Source: the human T2T-CHM13v2.0 reference genome, Homo sapiens. Taken from it: a stretch of 64,000 nucleotides of DNA. Of the stretch, positions 1 through 13,838 are shown piece after piece. Every line of letters begins with the position of its first letter. Position 1 is the stretch's first letter. The notes below the pieces were generated by a model. It had not been told where the DNA came from. It made no database searches and saw only the letters and a list, made by a program, of their open reading frames with translations. The stretch lies in assembly GCF_009914755.1 (NCBI RefSeq), contig NC_060932.1; one strand, 5' to 3'. Both the position numbers and the translations under genes were made by a program.

Positions 1-1790
1 TTAATTATGAATATTTTTTCTGAACTTTCTTTAATATTATGTAACCTGGTATTAAAATCATCTAATTACTTTTAAATTTTAGTGATTATATTTTTAAATT
101 ATAGAATTTCCATATGATTTTCTATAGTTTCAAATTTTGCCACAACTTTCCATTTGTCTTGCAATCCATTGATACCATTAATCATGAAATACAAGTTTTA
201 CATCTGGTAGCTCCATTATTTGGATATTTTCTAGGTGTGATTCTATCTTCTATTTTTTCTTGGGTTTTAGTCAATTCTTACCTTTGTATGACATAGTTAT
301 TTTGATTGGGTGCTACAGATGGCTTGTTAAAAATTGTAGTTAATCATTTGAGATTCTAGATATTTTTCTTTCTTCCGAAGAGGATTTGCTTTTGCTTTCG
401 GTAGTCAGCTATGGGGGGCGGGGGCGGGTGTTCTAGCAATCTCAGATCACCTTTGTCTTGTCATGGATTGAGATGATGATATTGGGCTTGTGCCCCTTAC
501 AGTCTGGTAAAGTCTGTGATGTTTCCTTACTCCTAGGATAGAATCCTTTGGGGTTTAACTTCGAAGTCTAAGGTGTTTTCCATTGGTCCTTCTACTTGTG
601 AGTTCTACAAGAACCCTATTTAGTTTTTCAACTTTACATTTCAGAATAGGCAAAATTTCAATTGCTCTTTAGAGTAAAAGCCAGTGTTCTTCCCACTCTA
701 CCACATTCAGAACAAAACCTCTACCTTTAAGAAAGTATAAATATTCAACTATAGTTCAATCTATTTGTTTCATTTGTTAAAATTTTAAAACAAATCTCTC
801 TGAAATTTATTTTTGTGTGATTATAAAGAATGGATTTAACTTTATTTTATATTTTCCAAATGATTGAATAGTTACTCTAAAAGCAATCATTGCATAATCC
901 ATATTTTCCTCATTAAAAAAATCAAAGACTGAATTTTAGATACTGCCCAAAATAAAGCTAAGGTATTGTAACAATGAAAATTATAATTTAAAACAGTAAT
1001 AACTTACGCATTCAATATTGAAGCAACAAAATAAAGACTGTCATAGAAGTATCAACAAAACAAAAATAATTTAGCATCTGCTCTAACTTCAAATACATAA
1101 ATATAACATTTAGTTTGATTTAAATTCCAAGTTTAACCCCTTTTATTGTTTATTACTGTTTTTTACATCTTGTCTTTCCCATTCTTACATTCTTATTTTG
1201 ATTTATTTCTTGAATAGGTTGTAACTTCGTTTAGTTTCCCACCCCCAGAAAGCTTTATGAAGTCTTTCTCATTTTAAATATGTGTAAATATTTCTCTGTT
1301 ACCTTTACATAGCTCATTTAATTGAATGTGGAATTCATGTTACATGAACCTATGTATTTGGAATTACTGGTCATTAGCATTTAGTGCTGCAGTTTGGAAA
1401 TCTGAGGTTAGTAAGACTTTTGTTACTTTATAAGTTACTTGTATTTTTTCTGCCTTAATGCAAAGATTTTTCTTGATCTTGGAATTAAAATGTTCATCAT
1501 GAATCTTTCTTAATAAAAGAAAGATTATTTTTATTAGTTTTATAATAACATGTACTATTTGAAATTCAAGAATTTCTAATGTAATTTCCATTTTCTCTCT
1601 CATACCTAGCTTTTCGTAATTAATATTTTACATTCTTTATCTCTTCTTGTCCTGTCTTTTATACTCTTTGCTTTTCTCTTATTTTAATATTGCATACTTT
1701 TCTTTTGACCTTTGAGTGAATCATTCAGGCTTATCTTTCTGCCGGTGATTTCATTTTCTACTGCATCCAAGATCTTATTCATTGACTTAA
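1..1790 (-). mobile_element. Degenerate old L1M (L1ME-like) fragments, 5' region/ORF1-ORF2
   Basis: T-rich strand bias typical of antisense L1M; 360-700 resembles the reverse of an L1ME 5' end; similar sequence resumes at ~3230-3600. Boundaries approximate. Confidence 0.5.
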
Positions 1791-2220
1791 CTTAGTTTTA
1801 TTTATTTTATTTTTTCTTAGTAGTTTTATTTTGAAATGTTTTTAGATTACAAAAGGCTTGCAGAGATGGCACCAGAGAGTTCCTGTATAGTTTTCCCTCA
1901 GTTTCCACTAATGTTAACAGCTTACTTAACCATAGGACATTTAACAACACTAAGAAGTTAGCATTGGTAAAATACTATTAACTGAGCCATTCCTTTAATT
2001 TGGGTTCTCCAGTTCTTCCACTGTCCTTTTTCTGTCCTAAGGCAAGGCCCAAATCAAGATTTGGCATTACATTTAGCTGCTGTGATTCCTTAGGCACCTC
2101 CAATCTGTGACAGTTTCTTGGTTATTACTTGTCTGTCATGACTTTGACAGTTTTGATGAGTACTTTATAGAATGGTATTTCACAGAACATCCCTTAATTT
2201 GTTTCTCTGATGTTTTATTG

Positions 2221-3190
2221 TGTTAAGGGTACCAGGGATTTGTTTTAATCACATATGGTAAGACATGCAGACTTGGAAATGACTGTTATGAAGAAAGATG
2301 TTTATTACTAGATCCTTAGAAACAGGAGGCATGGCATGCCATGCAGGGCCACACAGAGAGCACCAGAGTTGGTCTGGAGGCAGGGCGAGTGGGGAACATG
2401 TGGAGAAGAGCGTGTATTGTATCTTCTATAGGAAGGAACAAGTGAGGCAGGGTGAGCAGGTTTAGAATCGAATAGTTTGAATAATTTCAGTTGGCTCCAG
2501 GGTATACAGTGTCTCCCTAGTTGTCTGGTACCTGACCCTAGGGTGATTTGAGTAGGTAAGTAGTGGCTTAGAGTGTGAGAATATGGTACATGAAGTAGTT
2601 GAGGAATGACCTCTGGATTGGTTAGTTGGGAAAAGAAAGGTAATAAAGTTTGGATATGTGTCCTCACCCAAATCTCATGTTGAATTGTAATTCCCTATGT
2701 TGGAGAAAGAGCTTGGTGGGAGGTAATTGGATCATGGGGGTGGGTTTCTCATGAATAGTTTAGCACCATCCCTCTTGGTACTGTCCTCATGACAGTGAGT
2801 GAGTTCTAGTGAGATCTGGTTGCTTAAAAGTGTGTAACACCTCTCCCCTCTTTCTCTTGCTCCTGCTCCTGCCATGTAAGATGCCTGCTCCCCTTTGCCT
2901 TCTGCCATGATTTTAAGCTTCATAAGGCCTCCCCAGAAGCAGAAGCTGCTCTGTTTCCTGTGCATTCTGCAGAACTGAGAACCAATTAAACCTATTTTCT
3001 TTATAAATTACTCAGTCTCAAATATTTCTTAATAGCAATGAGAGAATGGACTAATACAAAAGGCATGCCAGCATTTTAATCATTTACTTATCTCTAGGAG
3101 TTGGCTTTCCCTAGGAGGCACAGTTTCTCTAGTGTCAGCAAGTCTCCAAAGTACTGAAATATCAAACATATGGAAGACATAATTAATACA
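2221..3190 (-). mobile_element. ERVL-class solo LTR (MER74-like), split by MSTA
   Basis: Minus strand starts TGTATTAATTATGTCTTCC...CTTGCTGACACTAGAGAAACTG...TCCTAGAGATA and ends CCTTAACA (TG...CA termini). Confidence 0.55.
2641..3058 (+). mobile_element. MSTA MaLR solo LTR
   Basis: Typical MST text (cccaaatctcatgttgaattgtaat...ccatgattttaagcttc...ggactaataca); 5-bp TSD AAAGG at 2636-2640 and 3059-3063. Confidence 0.9.
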
Positions 3191-3626
3191 TTTCTTATTA
3201 TTGGACTGAGGAAATATCAATTTAGTTTTGAAATTAGCAATCATGTTTTTCATTTTGAAAAGGTCTTTCCTGATCTTGGAATGCTTAGTTCATGATTTAC
3301 TCATTTCAGTGCGTCTCATCTCCTTTGATGAGTTGGAGGTTTGAAAAGTTGTCTCTTATTCTTGCAACCTTATTTTGTAAGAGAAAATTACTTTTACTCT
3401 TCAGTGTTGTCTTTATTTAAACAATCGAGTGCAAATTCTGGTGTTTTTCTTTCCCCCCCATTTGCTTATGCATACAGAAAGTTGTTTGCTTAGTACTGGA
3501 GATGAGATGACTTCTATCCCAGAGTATGTGGGTCTTTATTAAAATCTTCACTTCACAGGTGGAGAGAAAATGAAAATGTTAATATTTTATTTATTTTTGT
3601 CTTTCTAGATTTTAGGATCAGTAGTC

Positions 3627-5336
3627 TGAGAGATAGGAAAAAAATAAAGAGACTTTTCCCCCTACACTCACTCATACTGTCAACCCAACACTTCTGACAC
3701 CAAATGTGTGGGAGCTTTACCTTACGCACCAACTAAGCAATTCTGCAGCAGACACCAGCTGGCTGTCTTCTAATTTAATTCAATTATGACACTTCCTACC
3801 TGGTGTAAACCAAAAATAAAATTCTAAGCCCCCTGACTGACTAAATAGACCACATCTCATGGCCAAGGGGATACCAAAGACACCTGAAAAAGGAATTCAG
3901 GTCATGATGGGAAGGGGGAGTCAAACATACCTCATTATACCCTCCTCTCTTTGGAGTTCAGGCATAAAATTGACCACCATTAACATTAAAACAGAGATCT
4001 GAAGACTGACAAAATAGGCTCTTTGTAGCAATAAGATACCACATTCCAACCTGGATCTAGTATAGCATCACATGACATATGGGGGCTCTGAAAGTAATCA
4101 AAATAAAGTATTTTACCCCAATATATTTCTTTGAAATATTTTGAAATGGCTCTGCAAAGCTGTCTCTTGTGGGGAAAAATTACATTCTATAGAGAATCCC
4201 CCTCCCTTTCCAGGTCTTTTTCTGATCCTGAAAAGATTAGCTGGGAGTCTCGCACATTTTAAAGCTCTGAAAAGGAAACAATTTGCCATCTATTGCCCCT
4301 AAGGATGGACGCCTTCCTATGAGATTTCATCTGTATAATAATAACTTTGATCTTCACAATGCCTTATCTTGACTCAGACACTCCTTTCTATTGATTCTGG
4401 GTCTTCAGATAGTAACTCTTTCAACCAATTGCCAATCATAAAATCTCATGATCTTCCACCTGTAACCTGGAAGCCCCCACTTTGAGATGTCCTGCCTTTC
4501 CAAACTGAACCAATGTATACCTCACATGTATCGATTGATGTCTTCTGTCTCCCTAAAATATATAAAATCAAACTGTAACTCAGCCACCTTGGGAACATGT
4601 TTTTGGGACTTCCTCAGGCTGTGTCATGGGTTATTATTCTTAACCTTGGCAAAATAAACTTCTAAATTAACTGATACCTATCTTAGACACTTTTTGGCTT
4701 ATGCTTGAGATACTGTCAGATCCCACAGGTTGAGGGCTCAGTTCCACAGGACTGTCCCCCACTTCAGGTCACCAGTTTGCAAATAATAGTCACTTATACA
4801 TTGACCAGCCAGCTATAAACTGGGGGTTCCCATGACACCTACCTTGGTTTTGATTAATTTGCTAATGTGACCAGTAGAATTCTGGGAAACATTTTAACTG
4901 TGTTTACCATTTATTGTAAAGGATATTACAAAGAATACAGAGGAAAAATGAGATAGAAAAGATGTACAGGGCAAGGTATGTAGAAAGGGACACAGAAATT
5001 TCATGTCCTCTCAGGACATGCCTCCCTCTAGGAACCTCCAGGTATTTAGCTATCTGCAAGCCCTCTAATGGAAGCTTCATTATGTAGTCATGATTGATTA
5101 AATCATTGGTCATTGGTGATCAGTTCAACCTTCAGCCCCTCTCCCTTCCCTGGAGGTTGTGGATGGGGCTAAAAGATTTAATCCTGTAATCATGCCTGGT
5201 ATTTCTGGTAACCAGCTTTCATTTGGAACCTATTCACAACTCATCAGGATATAAAAAGACACTTATCACTTGGAGATTCCAAGAGCTTGAGGAGTTGTGT
5301 GCCAGGAAATATCACCATTATATTCTCATGATCACA
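3627..5336 (-). mobile_element. MER21-family LTR, split by a MER4 LTR
   Basis: acttctgacaccaaatgtgtgg...caattatgacact and gtcagatcccacaggttgagggctcag are MER21 hallmarks; near-TSD agtc/agtg. Confidence 0.75.
3804..4703 (+). mobile_element. MER4-family (MER4D-like) ERV1 solo LTR
   Basis: Begins TGTAAACCAAAAATAAAATTCTAAGCCCC; AATAAA at ~4653; 4-bp near-TSD ctgg/cttg. Confidence 0.8.
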
Positions 5337-5808
5337 AGTGGCCTATTGGCTACATCATGTAGGTGAATTTTCCTACAGGAGTTGCATATCTTTCCACTAA
5401 TTTTTCTATAATCTGATATTTTTTCTTTAGGACCTTATTACTGGTAAATTTCCCATGTTATTTAAAAGGAAGGATAGTCCATATGTAAAGTCCATGGAAT
5501 TGTTAAATTTATAATATTATAGGTTGTGATAGGTAAGGTTTCCCAGATTCAGAGTCTGAGAGGGAAGTGATTTATTGAGGAAGTGACAGGGAAACAATTT
5601 TATCACAGAGTTTCTCCCATTTTAAAGAATTAGGGCTGAAATTTTACACCCCTGCATCAAAAAGTCACTTTCTCTGGGTTTCCTATAGGGCAGGAAGTAA
5701 GAAGGCTCCCACTGGTTGAGGAAAATTCTCCACAGAAAGTAACAGATGTGATTCATTAGTAGACGACGCAGCCACTGCAAGATGAGCAAAAGGGACCTGA
5801 AATGTCAC

Positions 5809-6295
5809 TGTCAGGGAGGGAATATAATTTCTCCTCAACTCTCATAAGTTCATAGTTGAGACAGATCCCAGTAACAAAAGACAGATTAACAAGAGAAAAA
5901 CAGCAAGTTTATTAATGCATGTAGCGCACATCATACAGGAAAAACCTCAGTGAATGGGAACTCACGGCAGTGGCTTACAGCTCTGGCTTATGTAGCATAT
6001 TTAACAAAGAACAATACATTTGTGGAAAAATGACTGACCAAAGGAAAACAGTTTTACTCTTCCAAAGGTGGGAAATTGTGGGAAGAAACGAATGGAGTAA
6101 AACTTGTGTGTAGATTCCTCTGGTGCCATCTCTGAACTAATAAGAGTTGTCTTCAGTAAAGAATTTATATCTTGTCTTTAGGCAGAAAAGGGGGAGGATA
6201 GAGAGAATTCTTCCTCTATTGGCTGCTTTCTAATTGGCTTTAGCTAATAAATTCTTCATTCCCTGGGGAGGCACATTGTAGTCTCCCAGGGCACT
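5809..6295 (-). mobile_element. ERV1 solo LTR (MER34/MER39-like)
   Basis: aacaaaagacagattaacaagagaaaaa...agtttattaa is the reverse of an LTR poly(A)-signal region of this group; appears to sit inside an older ERVL/MaLR fragment (~5520-5810). Confidence 0.5.
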
Positions 6296-7182
6296 GACAG
6301 TGGTTTCTGCATGTGCCACTGCTCCAAGGGTCAACCACAAAGAAGATGCAGTTTCTCTATTTCTGGTCACTGGATTTTAAAAATAAAGTAGCCTTTCTGA
6401 TTGTGAGTAAATGAGCATTCAATGTCACAAAGAACTGTTATGCTTGAAAAAAGATATCTGACAAAACAAAAATCTTTAATAGTGGTGCTTCCCATGACAT
6501 GTGTTAATTTTATGTTTAGTAGAAAATAAGTACTAAGCACATACTATCTGTACTTAGAGGTGTTTATCAAAAATATAACTTCTTCTCAGAGGTAGTATAG
6601 CATGCTAATTATCCACCAGAGTTGCTTTTGTGTTCAAATCCCCAACATCCTGAGCTGTAATGGAAGTTGTCAATCTAGAAAAGCAAACCAATTCAAAACT
6701 CATTAATAGGAAAAGCAACAGCTGTTATAAATAGTGCATCATATGTCTTTCAAGTATGATTTAAGCTGCTCCTGAGACTGAAAGGTATTGTGATTATAGG
6801 AAAGTTTAGTAACACATCCATTCAAAATTAAACTACAAATTTCAATGTAATTCAGTTTTGCAGTAATACATTAATGCTCAATGACCAACACTGTTCTGGG
6901 TTTGGTGGAGAACCAATGTAAAGAAAACCCTCAGTGGATCTTACAGACTTCTACCATTATGAGAAAATTAATACAATAAATTACACTTTTATTTCAGAGA
7001 GCTTTTTTTAAAAAAATAGTATCCTGAGTCATAATGTGCAATATTCGCTTACCTTACAGTTAAGCTATGGTTAACTTCTATAATTCAAAACATAATCATG
7101 ATAAAATATGTTCAGAGAAAAGAAAAATTATAGCTATAAAATACAGAAATTTCTTTTTAAAGGAGAGGTGTAGGCCTGTGTT

Positions 7183-7680
7183 TTAAGAGTCTAATGACCT
7201 AGAGTTCTGCTTAAAAATAAGGGTTTGGTGGTGGCAGCCAAGATGGCCGAATAGGAACAGCTCCGGTCTACAGCTCCCAGGGTTAGCGATGCAGAAGACG
7301 GGTGATTTCGGCATTTCCATCTGAGGTACCTGGTTCATGTCACTAGGGAGTGCCAGACAGTGGGCGCAGGTCAGTGGGTGCAGCGCACCATGCATGAGCC
7401 AAAGCAGGGCGAGGCATTGCCTCACTCGGGAAGTGCAAGGGGTCAGGGAGTTCCCTTTCCTAGTCAAAGAAAGGGGTGACAGACAGGACCTGGAAAATCG
7501 GGTCACTCCCACCCTAATATTGCGCTTTTCCAATGGGCTTAAAAAACGGCACACCAGGAGATTATATCCCGCACATGGCTCGGAGGATCCTACACCCACG
7601 GAGTCTCGCTGACTGCTAGCACAGCAGTCTGAGATCAAACTGCAAGGAGGCAGCAAGGCTGGGGGAGGGGCGCCCGCCAT
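7183..7680 (-). CDS. L1 antisense ORF0, open and C-terminally extended (165 aa); expression unknown
   Basis: Starts MAGAPPPALLPPCSLISDCCASSQRDSVGVG (ORF0 N-terminus); ATG at 7680-7678; no stop until 7183-7185, outside the element. Confidence 0.4.
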   Translation of the reverse strand: MAGAPPPALLPPCSLISDCCASSQRDSVGVGSSEPCAGYNLLVCRFLSPLEKRNIRVGVTRFSRSCLSPLSLTRKGNSLTPCTSRVRQCLALLWLMHGALHPLTCAHCLALPSDMNQVPQMEMPKSPVFCIANPGSCRPELFLFGHLGCHHQTLIFKQNSRSLDS

Positions 7681-8262
7681 TGCCCAGGCTTGCTTAGGTA
7701 AACAAAGCAGCTGGGAAGCTCGAACTGGGTGGAGCCCACCACAGCTCAAGGAGGCCTGCCTGCCTCTGTAGGCTCCACTTCTGGGGGCAGGGCACAGACA
7801 AATACAAAGACAGCAGTAACCTCTGCAGACTTAAATGTCCCTGTCTGACAGCTTTGAAGAGAGCAGTGGTTCTCCCACACGCAGCTGGAGATCTGAGAAT
7901 GGGCAGACTGCCTCCTCAAGTGGGTCCCTGACCCCTGACCCCTGAGCAGCCTAACTGGGAGGCACCCCCCAGTAGGGGTGGACTGACACCTCACACGGCC
8001 AGGTACTCCTTTGAGACAAAACTTCCAGAGGAACGATCAGACAGCAGCATTTGCAGTTCATGAAAATCTGCTGTTCTGCAGCCACCGCTGCTGATACCGA
8101 GGCAAACAGGGTCTGGAGTGGACCTCTAGCAAACTCCAACAGACCTGCAGCTGAGGGCCCTGTCTGTTAGAAGGAAAACTAACAAACAGAAAGGACATCC
8201 ACACCAAAAACCCATCTGTACATCACCATCATCAAAGACAAAAAGTAGATAAAACCACAAAG
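7230..8262 (+). promoter_or_regulatory. L1 5'UTR internal sense/antisense promoter with intact YY1 site
   Basis: YY1 motif CAAGATGGCC at 7239-7248; complete 5'UTR with partial CpG retention. Activity not inferable. Confidence 0.7.
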
Positions 8263-9268
8263 ATGGGGAAAAAACAGAGCAGAAAAACTGGAAACTCTAA
8301 AAAGCAGAGCGCCTCTCCTCCTCCAAAGGAATGCAGTTCCTCACCAGCAACAGAACAAAGCTGGACGGAGAATGACTTTGACGAGTTGAGAGAAGAAGCC
8401 TTCAGACGATCAAACTACTCTGAGCTACAGTAGGAAATTCAAACCAAGGGCAAAGAAGTTAAAAACTTTGAAAAAAATTTAGACAAATGCATAACTAGAA
8501 TAACCAATACAGAGAAGTGCTTAAAGGAGCTGACGGAGCTGAAAGCCAAGGCTTGAGAACTACGTGAAGAATGCAGAAGCCTCAGGAGCCGACGCAATCA
8601 ACTGGAAGAAAGGGTATCAATGATGGAAGATGAAATGAATGAAATGAAGCGAGAAGGGAAGTTTAGAGAAAAAAGAATAAAAAGAAATGAACAAAGCCTC
8701 CAAGAAATATGGGACTATGTGAAAAGACCAAATCTACGTCTGATTGGTGTACCTGAAAGTGACGGGGAGAATGGAAAACACTCTGCAGGATATGATCCAG
8801 GAGAACTTCCCCAATCTAGCAAGGCAGGCCAACATTCAGATTCAGGAAATACAGAGAACGCCACAAAGATACTCCTCGAGAAGAGCAAATCCAAGACACA
8901 TAATTGTCAGATTCACCAAAGTTGAAATGAAGGAAAAAATGTTAAGGGCAGCCAGAGAGAAAGGTCGGGTTACCCACAAAAGGAAGCCCATCAGACTAAC
9001 AGCGGATCTCTCGGCAGAAACTCTACAAGCCAGAAGAGAGTGGGGGCCAATATTCAACATTCTTAAAGAAAAGAACTTTCAACCCAGAATTTCATATCAA
9101 GCCAAACTAAGCTTCATAAGTGAAGGAGAAATAAAATACTTTACAGACAAGCAAATGCTGAGGGATTCTGTCACCACCAGGCCTGCCCTACAAGAGCTCC
9201 TGAAGGAAGCACTAAACATGGAAAGGAACAACCGGGACCAGCCACTGCAAAATCATGCCAAAATGTAA
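8263..9268 (+). pseudogene. L1 ORF1p, disrupted
   Basis: ATG at 8263 (MGKKQ); in-frame TAG at 8431 and TGA at 8554; 11-bp frameshifting deletion at ~8772-8776. Confidence 0.92.
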
Positions 9269-9331
9269 AGACCATCGAGACTAGGAAGAAACTACATCAA
9301 CTAATCAGCAAAATAACCAGCTAACATCATA

Positions 9332-13159
<3,828 letters not shown>

Positions 13160-13458
13160 ACAATGAGAACACATGGACCCAGGAAGGGGAACATCACACT
13201 CTGGGGACTGTTGTGGGGTGGGGGGAGGGGGGAGGGATAGCATTAGGAGATATACCTAATGCTAAATGACGAGTTAATGGGTGCAGCACACCAGCATGGC
13301 ACATGTATACATATGTAACTAACCTGCACATTGTGCACATGTACCCTAAAACTTAAAGTATTATAATAATAAAATTTAAAAAAAGGGTTTGGTTAAACAG
13401 AATTGGTTATCTATTTTTCACCAGGAATTTTAAATTTTTATAGACTGTAACAGAGTAG

Positions 13459-13824
13459 CATATTAGTCTGTTTTCATGCCGCTGATAAAGACATACCGGA
13501 GACTGGGTAATTTATACAGGAAAAAGGGTTTAAGTGAACTTACAGTTCCACATGGCTGGGGAGGCCTCACAGTCATGGTGGAAAGTGAAAGGCGGGTCTT
13601 ACATCGCAGTAGGCAAGAGAGAGAATGAGAACCAAGTGAAACAGGTTTCCCCTTAACAAACCACCAGATCTCACGAGGCTTATTCACTACCAGGAGAACA
13701 GTATGGGAAAAACCGCCCGCATGGTCCAATTATCTCCCACTGGGTCCCTCCGACAACACATGGGATTTATGGGAGTATAATTCAAGATGAGATTTGAGTG
13801 GGGACACAGAGCCAAACCATATCA
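13459..13824 (-). mobile_element. THE1 (THE1B-like) MaLR solo LTR
   Basis: Reverse of tgatatggtttggctctgtgtcccc...; 5-bp TSD AGTAG at 13454-13458 and 13825-13829. Confidence 0.9.
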
Positions 13825-13838
13825 AGTAGCACTGCAGA

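Larger units (their letters stand above)
1800..3218 (-). mobile_element. L1MC-type 3' end fragment, interrupted by LTRs at 2221-3190
   Basis: 1830-2215 matches recalled L1MC 3' consensus (ttttagatttacagaaaagttgc...cagtttcccctaatgttaac...ctgatgtttt); continues after 3190 (ttattattggactgagg); possible TSD aacttagtttt (1789-1799) / aatttagtttt (3219-3229). Confidence 0.6.

Noticed and set aside
413-428. GC-box/G-run ggggggcgggggcggg as a promoter
   Set aside because: Isolated within an old L1 fragment, with no CpG island.
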